A stretch of DNA of 64,000 bases from Octopus sinensis (taxonomy: Eukaryota): assembly GCF_006345805.1 (NCBI RefSeq), contig NC_043011.1, forward strand, positions 930,001-994,000. Direction: 5' to 3'. The notes under the pieces were generated by a model. The model made no database searches. It was not told the origin of the DNA and was given only the letters and a program-made list of their open reading frames with translations. Shown in pieces: positions 38,666 to 50,808 of the stretch (position 1 is the stretch's first letter; each line of letters opens with the position of its first letter). Position numbers and translations under genes: made by a program.

Positions 38666-39631
38666 ATCACTTTCCCTGTCAGCACTACAGCATGGGACCA
38701 GAGGTAGGACTTGATTATCTGTCCATCTTGGATTCGTAAACCCTTCTCTCCCATTTGTTTCCTCATCTTTAGCTCGGATATCAGGTTCCTCCGGCGAATT
38801 CTCTCTCTTAGTGAGTATTCCTCGCGAAAACCCATATTGGGGTCCTCCCAGGCATGCGTCTGAGCTCTGTTCAGAAAGACTGAAGCCTCCCGATCAGAAG
38901 AAAAGATTACCCTTATTGGGCGTGGTCTAGTATCTGCGGTTGGGTTCGCTTGGAATCTTCCTAGCCGAGCGACCTTAAGAACACTGACATTTTCGTTCAC
39001 AGAGAACAATTTTCCAACCAAAATGGAAACAAAATTAATGTCATCTTTTAGGCGGTTTATGCCTGTATCACAGGTGGATTCAGCTTTGCCATATATTATT
39101 GCCGATCTTGAGTGGGCAAAAAGTTCTCTACTATGAGCTGCGGTATTCGATTCTTCAAGCCATCGGACTTATGTCGGCCTGTGGGGTCGATCGGAAGGAA
39201 TTTAGTGGTCATAATTTTCCCGCCTGGTTTGGAACTGCACTGCCTCTTCTTCGGTTTGGGGGAGCACCACTCCCCAGATGAACCCACATCGAGATCGTTC
39301 AGAATTGGTTGAGCAATGGCATTAATGGGAAGGACAAGTGAAGGAGAATCCAAACAGATTTTATCGTGATCAGGTTTCATAGCCAAATCTGCCCCTCTGG
39401 AGTTTTGACTACGTTTCTTCTTTTGGGGAGAACAACGGTCTTCAGGTGGGTTTGAGTCTACGCTCCTCGAACTAGGTTGGGGAACCTCCGGGACCGAAAA
39501 GGCAGATGAGGAAGAATCCGCACAGGAACGATCATGTGCAGGAACGACCGCCGGTTCCTTCGCCTTCTTTGGCCGCTTCGATTTTGTTCCCTTCGGTTTG
39601 GACGTCTCCAGGGAAGAAATTGTCAGATGAA
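38662..39631 (-). pseudogene. CR1-like ORF1, one frameshift near 39130-39170, 5' end missing
   Basis: The C-terminal frame extends upstream of the track call (SAIIYGKAES...RLKDD...RPRPIRVIF...ERIRRRNLISEL). The N-terminal Lys/Ser/Pro-rich frame is open from about 39630 with no start codon. Confidence 0.75.
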
Positions 39632-39647
39632 ATATATATATGTATGT

Positions 39648-40012
39648 ATGTAGTTAGAAATTTGCTTCCCAGCCAGATGGTTTCAGGTTCAGTCCCACTG
39701 TATGGCACCTTGGGTAAGTGTCTTCTACTATAGCCTCAGGCCAACCAAAGCCTTGAGTGGATTTGGTCAATGGAAACTGAAAGAAACTTGTTTTATATGT
39801 GTGTGTTTGTATGTGTATGTGTTTGTACCCAACCGCTGCTTGACAATTGGTGTGTTTACATTCCAATAACTTAGCAGTTCAGCAAAAGAACTGATAGAAT
39901 AAGTACCAGGTTAAAAAAATGTCCTGGGGTAAATTTCTTCAACTAAAATTCTTCAAGGTAATGCCTCAGCATTTCTGCAGTCTAATGACTGAAACAAGTA
40001 AAAGTTTAAAAG
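39648..40012 (+). mobile_element. SINE family A, diverged
   Basis: Head, CORE-like segment, TG tract and ATGACTGAAACAAGTAAAAG tail. Confidence 0.8.
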
Positions 40013-40020
40013 AATACATG

Positions 40021-40178
40021 CAGGCATGGCTGTGTGGTAAGAAGTGTGCTTCTCTACCACATGGTTCCAGGTTCAGTCCCACTGTATGGCACTTTGGGCA
40101 AGTGTCTTCTATAACCTCAGGCTGACCAAAGACTTGAGTGGATTTGGTAGATGGAAACTGAAAGAGGCTCATTGTATG

Positions 40179-40222
<44 letters not shown>
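40021..40222 (+). mobile_element. SINE family A, 5' half only, ending in (TA)n
   Basis: Head through GGAAACTGAAAGAGGC, then (TA)n; the 3' half is absent here. Confidence 0.85.
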
Positions 40223-40225
<3 letters not shown>

Positions 40226-40541
40226 TCTCCCTTCCCATCCTTTTCTTTAACACTTCTTCCAAATACAAACACACACACACACATGCCCTCTCTCTCTCTC
40301 TCCCCCATTCATCACCCTCTTGTACTGTCTTATGTCCCTCCCCACCACTATACACTCAATAACACTATAAAATGGTCAAAACTTTTTCACAGAAACTTGG
40401 TTCAATTTGAAAATCCCACTAGAATGGGAGAAAGCGCTAATATATGATCTAAGTTATATGATGTATAAAAACATGTAATATGCAAATAAATATCTGTAAA
40501 TATAAAACCATCTCAATTTCTGAGTACCTCATTTCTTCTAA

Positions 40542-42497
40542 TATAAAATACCTGTACATCATCTCCAAACCTTCCAATATATATATGAGATTAGGGTTAT
40601 CTTAACAGCTAGGAAAACTTTAATAGAGTTTGATAATAAACTTTGGGCTAGAAAGGACACACCCAACTTGTTCGACATCACCATGGGATCGCCGGACTCA
40701 GCAGAAGTGACTAATCTAGTTGGGATGTATCTATTAGATAACATTAGTAGGGAATTCCCTGAATTAAAAGGAGGACTATATAGGGATGACGCTTTATTTT
40801 GTGTAAATAATACATCTAATAGGAGATTAGATCTTCTGAATAAAAGACTAAATAAATTTTTTAAAAGTTTTGGCCTATCCATTATCATTGAAAGTAAAAA
40901 CTATTCTGCTAATTATTTGGATGTCAATTGTAACATTACTAATGGGATACATGAACCTTATATTAAACCCAATTCTAACTTAATATATATAAACTGTTCT
41001 AGCAATCACCCCCCTCAAATTAAAAGTGCACTAGTGCGTAGCATTAGTCAGAGAATTTCTTATTTATCCTCAAACGAGGACATTTTTAATAAGCATTGTG
41101 ATAGATACAATGCAGCATTGCTGAAAGCAGGCTACAAAAGTAAAATATGGTATATACCCAAGGGGAATCCTTCAAATGGAGGTGGAACTATTAGGAACAA
41201 CGCCAATAGATTTTGGACAAACAATAATAACTATAAGAAAAGGAAAAATAGAATATATGAAAACGCCTATGATAATTATAGAGGTGTTGTTAACCTCGGA
41301 ACTGTGGACGGTAGTTTAAATAAATCAGCGCAAACAGGTAATGGTAGTAATATTAATAATACACATATCAAAACTTATGGTAGATAAGATAATAGTAAAG
41401 TTTACTTACGTAATAATTATGGGAATATTGATAATGATAGACATAACAATGACATTGTTAAGGATAGTAAACATATGGGATGGTCAAGGAATAAGGTTTT
41501 TACTAAAAACAATAATTTGATAGGCAACCCTAATACTGATAAGGATACACTTTGGCTTATTATCCCATATGCAATGCAGATAAAAACAGACATAGTTAGA
41601 GCTTTTCACAATGTAATATTTAGGCTCTTTGGTAAGGATAGGAATAAATTTGGTCATTTAATTAACAATGGTACTGTTAGAATAGGATATAGCATTACAC
41701 ATAATCTAGCCACCATCATCTCCTCTTTTAATAACAGGAAACTGGATTACTTCTATAAAGATAGAAAGTTGAATTTAGATAATAGGAATTTGCCTCTCTT
41801 TAATAGTAGGAACAATAAATCTTTTGGAGCTAACAGGAACAACCCTCTTACAAATTATGAGGGTACCGTACCTGTAAGGAAAAATATTAATGTAATAGAT
41901 GATACTACTACCACCAATACTAGTACTATTGATAGGAATATCGCCAATAATGATAAATTAATTCATTCATTGAATTTGGGTTTGGATGGTAATAATAATT
42001 GTAACACTACTAATGTGAATGGTGTTACAGGAATGGGGACCAATGTTAGATTACCCCAACCTGTTGATAACTGTAATTTCAGAAACAGAAATAAATGTGT
42101 GTTTGGTAATCAATGCCTCAGGAAGGAGGTAGTTTACCAATGCACTGTGGATACACAATTTAGTAGTAGGGTATATATCAGAGCAACTATGAATAGCATG
42201 AAACAGAGACTTAATTATCATAGATATACTTTTAGAAATAAAAATAGGATGTACTCTACAGGGTTAAGTGCATACATTCGGGAACTCAAAAGTAAGAACT
42301 TAGATTTTAGATTAAATTGGAAAATACTAACTTTGGCACCTGTGTATAATGGAAAAAATAAAAAATGCTCTCTATGTATTAATGAAATTTTTTTCATTAT
42401 CAAAGCAGGTAGGCCTATTATTAATAACATAAATAAAAAAATTTTTTTTGCATTCACAAACTACCGTACACTTTCTCTAGATTTAAATAGAACTTAG
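40542..42497 (+). pseudogene. Penelope RT-GIY-YIG ORF with one in-frame TAA (41385-41387) and substituted motifs
   Basis: ILTARKTL..W.RKD..LFDITMGSPDSAE, GLYRDD, YLDV, SSNHPPQI, GTVRIGYS, C-x7-C-x5-C linker (one Cys replaced by Phe), VVYQCTV...VYIRAT (YIG to YIR), CSLCINE. ORF 41475 is in frame with ORF 40668. Confidence 0.9.
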
Positions 42498-43725
42498 CTT
42501 TTCTACTAGTAATATTTTAACTCCCTTCTGTATCTAATTATACTAGTAGTCTTCTACAATTTTAAAACATGCAACTTATAAATTTATAATTTTATATAAT
42601 TTTGTAGCTACACATGTATATAAATATATATGTCCAGTATTAATTGTTTTTTGTATGTGGTTTTTTTGTCTTGTTTTATAAGGGAAATACACTGCGGCAA
42701 GAAATAATATATTCATTTTGGTATATGCTTTAGTAATATGAGATTCTTGAAGTTTTCTAAAATTACAGAGTGTGTATGAATATCATAGTTAGATACCTGG
42801 TTTTAGATACTGTAATACTAATATGTAATATATGAGAGTCTATATTGGATTTTGTTTGTTTTGGTTGAGAATATGGGTTTTTTCAGGTTTTTATTTGGCA
42901 GGCTTATATATTGTATATTTAGTGTATCTTTGTACTCACCTAAATTTGTATCTTATGCTATTTATTAATAAACCTATTCATTTACTCACATTTGGCTTTA
43001 TACATATTAGCAGTCTTATATATTTAGTCTATACTTGTAGTCCTCTAGATTTGTACATTATGTTATTCATCTATTTACTTTTTTACTCATTATCTACAGG
43101 TAAAAGTTTACATAATATTAGCCTGTATACTAAGTTTATATATGTACTTTCTTCAATATATATCTGCACTTTATTTTATGTTATTTATTTACCTATATAC
43201 TCTTTTATGCATATGTGGATATATGCATATTAGCATTACTATATATTAGGTGTACCTATGTATTTATCTGAATTTGTTTTCTATGGTATCTATCTATTTA
43301 TTTAGTCATTTACTTATTTATTTATTTATTTATTTACTTATTTAAGTGTAGATATATACATACATATCAATTATTTATTTTAATAATATATGGATACATG
43401 TATACTAGTTTGTACTTATACTCTGTATGTAATTTTAATTATTTCTTCTTATTTATTTTATCACATTTTAATCTTAAGTAATTACAATTTATTAACTTAC
43501 AATTAATTTAATTTTTGTTATTTACTTATATACCATTGTATTGGTAAGTCCCCCACTGATATTATTTAATGCCAAATCTTGTTGCAAGTCACATATGAAA
43601 ATAAACGGTGCGTTTGTGCATATCTGCTGTTATACATGAGTATTATTATGGGCATGTATATTTGAGTGTAATTCTATTAGTTCGTAGGTTAGGTTCTTTG
43701 ATGGATAAATATTAATATTATAATG

Positions 43726-43791
43726 GCATTGGATTTATTACGTAGAAATGATATATAAATATATATCATTTCTACGTAATAAATCCAATGC
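43726..43791. repeat. Perfect inverted repeat with 32-bp arms and a 2-nt spacer
   Basis: GCATTGGATTTATTACGTAGAAATGATATATA-AA-TATATATCATTTCTACGTAATAAATCCAATGC. Confidence 0.97.
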
Positions 43792-44517
43792 TATAAAGAA
43801 TTTTTGTCTTGTCTTGTCTGTTTACACATCCCGGAATATTTCCGTATTTTGACTTCTTACAATTAATCTCTAATAATTTAATTGCTATAAACCGATGTCA
43901 ATTTAGTATATGTATGTTTCTATGTCTATTGATAGTCAAACAAAAAATGCTTGATCTATACTTTATAACTTAGCGTACATGTGATTATAGCAAATTACGG
44001 TGAAATCAGTAAACGTTATGTTATGTAATACTATAACTACAGAAAAAACGGTGGCATATGCTTTGTGTACCCTACGAAAAATTACATTCTATGTCTTGAT
44101 ATATAAATATATGTATCTTTATAACAAATATTTTATGGAAATATGTGAGTGGATCTTCTTAGTTAATATAGTGGCATTGTTGTCGTTTTGGAGAGGCTTG
44201 ATGGCTGCATAGTTACGATTATACTTCTTTTATTATTTATTTATTTATGTGTTTGACGGTGTTTGTGGATATGTATGTGTATGAGTGTATGTGTGTGTGT
44301 ATACATATAATTATGTATGTATGTGCGATTGATCTGTGGATGTGCGTGTGCGTATGTGCGTTTCTTGACTAACTAACCGTAAAATTTCTTTTGTGATTCA
44401 AATTTAAGACTATAAGCCAATCGAATTAATCTAGAATAATCAATATCAAGCGGACAGAAGAATCAGACTTATAGATATGTAGATGTCCAATTGATGTACT
44501 TGGTACAGACATGGTTG

Positions 44518-44558
<41 letters not shown>

Positions 44559-44890
44559 AGTAATTTTTATTGACTTTTATAGGTTTATAATTTTATGAAC
44601 TGAACTGTGTTTTTTTTACTATTTTTTATGTATATGTCTGATTTAAATTTAAATGTGAGTGTGCATATATTTTCCTGTAGGTTAGTTTTGGAATTAGAAG
44701 CCCAATATGTAGAATAACTGTGTTTGTTAATATATATTGATATATTTTGTTTTGTTTATTTTGTATTATTGTATTAATGAGTATATATATATGTGTAGTA
44801 TTATGAGTGCCTATGCACACGTTTTTATATTTTATATTTTTATATTTATATGTATAAAAAAAATTTTTTCACACTTATAATAAATTAAAT

Positions 44891-45001
44891 TCTCTGAAGA
44901 GGCCGTGGGACATCCTTGTTAATGTCTCATTTATACCTGCCTTATATGGCTTATAGGTTAAGTGAGGCATACTTGTCCTTACGGCCGAAACAGCTGTCAG
45001 A
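44891..45001 (+). ncRNA. Type I hammerhead ribozyme with palindromic stem-III loop and extended stem II
   Basis: TCT-CTGAAGA(44894-44900)-GGCCGT...ACGGCC-GAAA(44987-44990)-C-AGCT-G-TC(44998)-AGA. Confidence 0.85.
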
Positions 45002-45187
45002 TATGATATAATTATATATTATATTTTATATTTTATATTTCTATTTCCTTGTCTAATTATATTTACAATATATTTTGTATAATGCCTTTGCTGTTATGTA
45101 ATGGTGTAATAAAGTATTGATTGGGTATCATCTGATGGTTGATGTTGGATTGATTTAAGTATGTTTCTCCATTTTCTAATTTTGTAG

Positions 45188-45240
<53 letters not shown>

Positions 45241-45249
<9 letters not shown>

Positions 45250-45445
45250 TTGTGTGTCTGTGTTTGTCCGCCCACCTTAGCTTGACAACCAATTCTTGTG
45301 TGTTTACATCCCCGTAAGTTAGCAAAAAGAAACTGATAGAATAAGTACTAAGTTTACAAAGGATATGTCCTGGGTTCGATTTGTTTGACTATAGGTGGTG
45401 CTCCAGCATAGCTGCAGTCAAATGACTGAAACAAGTAAAAGAATA
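45241..45445 (+). mobile_element. SINE family A, 3' half only, starting from (TA)n
   Basis: TGTTTGTCC...CTTGACAACC...GGTGCTCCAGCAT...ATGACTGAAACAAGTAAAAGA. Confidence 0.82.
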
Positions 45446-45464
45446 ACAGAATATATATATATGT

Positions 45465-45790
45465 TATAGTCACGTATTTCCTCCCTCTTGTAAAGAAAGT
45501 TATTCCTTCACCCATTCGTTCCTTCAATATTTCCTCTATCTCTTCCTGTAGCGCGTGCTCTATTCTATTTTCATTCGATAATGTTCTGAATATCACCATC
45601 CTGCTTTCCATTTTTCGTTTTTCCTCCTCTGGTATGGTCATTTTTATGTTTGACCCTTCTTTTTTTTTATCATCCCATAATATTTTGCTATCTTCACTTC
45701 ATTCCATTGTCTTCGGTTTCACCACTTGTGGGTCTGTGGTATCTCGACCTCCAGTAGCTTCCATGTAGCTTTTCATTTTTTCCATTATTC
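45465..45790 (-). mobile_element. Possible non-LTR ORF1 N-terminal fragment
   Basis: KSYMEA...IPEEEKRKMESRMVIFRTL...EILKERMGEGITFFTRGRKY has ORF1-like charge and composition; no diagnostic motif. Confidence 0.3.
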
Positions 45791-47860
45791 ACTTCTACCC
45801 AATGATGATGGCTTCACACAAAAATCTTGCTTCGAATTCTTCAAAAAACAACAAAAACTGAGTCTGCCCGAGATTATAGCAGCTTGCTTCTGCACGCAAT
45901 ATATATATTTCAAGCGAACACACAGTTGCTGATTTTGCAGCAAGCAAAAAAGCCAGTTCTAAAATCTCTCTAAGAATCAACACAGTAGTTGTACTGACAA
46001 GTAATATTCATAGCCACTTTAACATGGCTGGCCATTCGAGTGAACTCTACTCTGATTTTTTAACCTCAAGAGGACCATTAGCTGGTTAATGATGCACAGC
46101 TACATCTGATGCACAGCCGCAACTGAGATTTTAGAACTAGCATTTTTGCTTGTTGCAAAATCGACTGATCTTGATATCTTTCCTTCTTCATCTCCCTCTA
46201 TATTACAGGGAATGCAAACTTGTAATTTATACTGGCTCACTCAAAAAGTTTCCTACAATAGCAAAACTTTTCACTCGGTACCTTGAGTCCATACTTTGGG
46301 ATAAATTAGATTTCCCCAATAGCTTAGCATGAAGACTTGTGACAGATTTTTGATATCTTTCCATAAGATATAATTGGTGTGGGGTGAACTTATCAGTCCT
46401 CTTACATTTTATTATCATGGCTAACCATCCAATATGGTGGTTCATATTGTTGATGATTTTTTTCAAGTTTTAATTTTCCATCTAGGATGTTTCCATTCAG
46501 TTATTCCATTACTCTGTATACTGCAAATTTCTCATAGAAGGCTTCCAAGAATGATAGCAGCTGTGTATATGAAGATATTAATTGTCCAGTAATTAAGTTC
46601 ACATGATGTTCTGCAACATCATCAGTAACTCTCAACATTAGAGCAGTAGGCTTTTTCTTTAATCTCATTAAGAATGGCCTGTCACTTGGTGACAGTTTAA
46701 ATAAAGAGGAAAAGTTTTGTTGAATCAGTTACATGAGGAGATATATGAGTGATTTGTTAAAGTTATTTTCAGTCTTTCTTATGGCAGAATTTGGCCAGTT
46801 CCCAGTGTTTTGAGAAGATCAATTAGCATCATGAAAGGAAGCCATTTTTTTTCTCAAAGAGCTGCTTGTTTCTGAAGCTGTTTATAAATTTGTTTAAGTT
46901 GAGGTGAGTTTTGTAATTTTTTAGCCACTTCATTTAGCTGATAGAAATGCTTTCTCAGGTCTTTTCATGGAATGAAAGTATATTTTGGTTTGAATGTAAA
47001 GTCCAGGTGAAATGAGAAGAGTAATTATGTCATCTTAACTTACAAGTATTGCAGTGCTGCCTGCTTAGGGTTGTTGTTAACAGTATTAGCCATGATATAC
47101 TTGCAGAATTCGACATGGTGGAAGGTGTATTTTGTAATCTGGTCTAAATGATACCATGTTGGTGGTTCTCTAATTTATAACTAAAAAAATGAACCAGTTA
47201 CTGATTTAGGCTGGAGGAATAAGCATAAATGTAGAAAACATTCAAAAAGGCATTCTAAAAGGTCCTCTGCACCTGCATATCTAATGTTGACTGTTCCAAT
47301 ATGCATGCATGCATGTGTGTGTGTGTATTTGCATCTTTTGCCATTGTATATCAGCAAGAGATGTAATAATTAGTGAAAAAACTGGTGCTTTGTTAACAAG
47401 GTTCTTTGTGAGAACTAAGTCTTTTGCATTGAATTACAGATTCCCTCATCTCACTCTGACCCTCAGTAATGCAGTGAACCAGTGATTGACTTACTGGAAA
47501 CCCATAACCAATGCTGCTATTGTGAAGAAATTTGGATATAAAATATATAAATAATTCTATCGTTTGTAACTTTATGGGTATATTTGATCTCAGCACTGTC
47601 ACCAATATTTACAATGAATTTGGTAGTTATAAAAATGATGTATATCACTCTGTGGTAAACTATTTTGGGTTCAATGAATCCAACTGCTGACTGTAAATAC
47701 AATGCAATAATAATAACAAGATATGAAGTTATGATTCCTTGTCAACTCAGATGTTTTCATTCTCAATCAAATCTTAAGTGCAATCTTCAAAATATACATC
47801 ACTTTTTAACGTAAAAATTTTTTTACTGAAGTGCACTTATGCTCGGGCGACTGGCTTTTA

Positions 47861-48180
47861 ATCATCATCATCATCATCGTTTAACATCTGCTTTCCATGC
47901 TAGCATGGGTTGGACGGTTCAACTGGGGTCTGGGAAGCAAGAAGGCTGCACCAGGTCCAGTCTGATCTGGCAGTGTTTCTACAGCTGGATGCCTTTCCTA
48001 ATGCCAACCACTCCATGAGTTTAGTTGGTGCTTTTTACGTGCCAGACGAGGCTGGCAACGGCCACGATCAGATTGTGCTTTTTAGGTGCCATCAGCATGG
48101 AGGCCAGTCAGGGCAGCGCTGGCAACGGCCACGTTCGGATGGTTCTCTTACGTGTCGCCGGCACTAGTATCGCAACTACA
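47861..48180 (-). mobile_element. SINE family B
   Basis: (ATC)n followed by the reverse complement of the family B body. Confidence 0.85.
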
Positions 48181-49112
48181 ATTTCCATTGATTTTGATCG
48201 ATTTCTAACACTTAAGTTATTTATACAAGCAACTTTGGTTAGTTCTCTCTAGGACTTATTCTATTAAACTATATCTGTCAAACTGCTGCATACAGAACAT
48301 ACAGGAATACATTCTAAACAACACTAAGTTTTAGGTCAGTGTAAACATAAACACAGATACAAACAGTCAGACACTCACAAACATGCACAAACACACACGC
48401 ACACACATACACAATGATCTTCAGAGTTTCTGTCTGCTACTTAATTTTACTCCAAAGTTTGGTCTATCTAAAGTTACAGTAGAAAACACTTTGTGAATGT
48501 ATTGTCTTGTGGGGTCCCACATGTTACACCCACATGTTGCTAAGTAAAATTTTTAATCACAGTTCATGCCTCACCAATATTGATGTGGTTGGTTTCTCAA
48601 CAGACAACTAGGGAACTAAATATTAAAGTCAAGTCTTTTTAGTAGGCTTACAACTTGTATGTCTGTAACAATAAATTTAATTTCGAAAATAATTGACTGA
48701 AGAATACTTTGACTGAAGAATGCTTTGAGAATCGAAAGAAAGAAACAGAAGAGTACCCAATTTTGATCACTTTTCAGGTGTGATTTATGCTTGCATTAAC
48801 ACAGCATATATAACATGAATCTCTGTTGTATCATCTTAAAGGGTTTCATATACCAACCAAAGGCTTCAGTAGGATAATGGGAACAATTTCTTCAAAGGTA
48901 GCATAATGTTTCCAGCAGCCACTAAGGACTCTGAATAGTCAACTTTTATGGTATTAAGTGGATATAAAATACATAGTATACTCTTAATAAGAAGCTTTTT
49001 TTATCACACTTATTATCCTCAGCGCTACTTCTCTCTCCCAACTGCTGGGTAAGCTGAGACATTTGTTGGAAACAAATCTCAATAAAAGAAAAGGAAAAAA
49101 AAAAAAAAAGGT

Positions 49113-49492
49113 GCAGGAGTGGCTGTGTGGTAAGTAGCTTGCTAACCAACCACATGGTTCTGGGTTCAGTCCCACTGCATGGCATCTTGGGCAAGTGTCT
49201 TCTGCTATAGCCCCGGGCCGACCAATGCCTTGTGAGTGGATTTGGTAGACGGAAACTGAAAGAAGCCTGTCGTATGTATGTATATATATATATATATGTA
49301 TGTGTATGTGTGTGTATATGTTTGTCCCCCTAGCATTGGTTGACAACCGATGCTGGCAAAAGAGACCGATAGAATAAGTACTGGGCTTACAAAGAATAAG
49401 TCCCGGGGTCGATTTGCTCGACTAAAGGTGGTGCTTCAGCATGGCCGCAGTCAAATGACTGAAACAAGTAAAAGAGTAAAAGAGTAAAGAGA
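49113..49492 (+). mobile_element. SINE family A
   Basis: Nearly full length with a small internal deletion. Confidence 0.9.
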
Positions 49493-50430
49493 GCGTCTAT
49501 GAAAAGAAGATTTATTCCAAGTGATAAATTATGTAGAAGGTTTTTGTAAAAATATTCATTAATGCAGTTAACTAAGCAAAACTAGCAAGAATTATAAAAG
49601 AAACAAAGAAAAAAAAAGAAAAACTAATCAGGAGGGTTGAGAAAAATAAAACTGAGTAAAGTTAAGAGATTTAATACTCATGCGTTTTAAGTTTAGCTAC
49701 AATATTGTTCTAGATAAAACTTTTTTTTTAACCATTTGAAACTACATTGAACATGTTTGTATGTATGCATATATTACTTATGTAAGTTAGTAATTAAGTA
49801 TGTGTGTATGTATGTATGTATGTATGAACAGTTACAGAATCTTCACAAATCCTTCAGATACTCAAATACTATCAACAAAATTATAAATGTCGAAAGGAAT
49901 ATTTTTGTTTTAGAGATTTTACTTTATTTAGTGAAGCAGAGGAATAAGAGATCGTAAGAATTAGTGTCATTAAAAAGTATGACAAAAATAAGAATATAAT
50001 CAAAATGATTTTATTCTACTTGGGGAAATTATGTGAAATGGTAATGACATTAAGTACATTTCATAATGAAAATCTTGTCTGCTTTTTGAGTTTGTCAAGT
50101 AGTTTTTCTTCATTTTCTTCATTACCATTATTTTCTCAATTCCAATCGCAAAGTCATGGCTACCTTTTACTTTTTGTAATAGTTTTTGTTTTGTCAAATA
50201 AGGAAGTGCAATGCTCACGACCTTTGTAGGGCTTCCCAGAATGGCAAAATCAATATTCTTGATATTGTACTTTATTGCTTTCATCATTACCTATATGAGT
50301 TGTTCAATAAGATGGATGGTACCATCAAGGAAATGTAGGACATTTATTGTTGAGGATGTGTTGTGGATATGGAGGTATATATGAGTAAAGGTGTGTGAGT
50401 ATATGTGTGTGTGTGTGTAAATAACATAGT

Positions 50431-50808
50431 CTTTTACTCTTTCTTTTACTTGTTTCAGTCATTTGATTGCGGCCATGCTGGAGCACCGCCTTTAGTCAAG
50501 CAAATCGACCCCGGAACTTATTCGTTGTAAGCCCAGTACTTATTCTATTGGTCTCTTTTGCCGAACCGCTAAGTTACGGGGACGTAAACACACCAGCATC
50601 GGTTGTCATGCGATGTTAGGGAGACACACACACACATGTACATATATACGACGGGCTTCTTTCAGTTTCCGTCTACCAAATCCACTCACAAGGCTTTGGT
50701 CGGCCCGAGGCTATAGTAGAAGACACTTGCCCAAGGTACCACGCAGTGGGGCTGAACCCGGAACCATGTGGTTGGTAAGCAAGCTACTTACCACACAGCC
50801 ACTCCTGC
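50431..50808 (-). mobile_element. SINE family A
   Basis: Full length. Confidence 0.9.

Larger units (their letters stand above)
35694..39631 (-). mobile_element. CR1-like LINE, nearly full-length and young
   Basis: ORF1, APE-RT ORF2, short 3'UTR with stem-loop CCATGT-6nt-ACATGG and an (AACT)n tail. Visibly richer in GC/CpG than its flanks. Confidence 0.93.
40576..45188 (+). mobile_element. Penelope-like element (Neptune-type architecture), 5'-truncated, both ends at (TA)n
   Basis: RT plus C-terminal GIY-YIG ORF, about 2.4 kb AT-rich 3' region and a hammerhead at 44891-45001. The internal 3' region is assigned by position only. Confidence 0.8.

Noticed and set aside
41385-41387. Selenocysteine or Naiad-type recoding of the Penelope in-frame stop
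   Set aside because: The stop is TAA, not TGA. The GIY-YIG is C-terminal, no SECIS is evident, and other inactivating changes (YIG to YIR) indicate decay.
46500-47200. Possible degraded DNA transposase on the minus strand
   Set aside because: Only scattered short peptide resemblances amid many stops.
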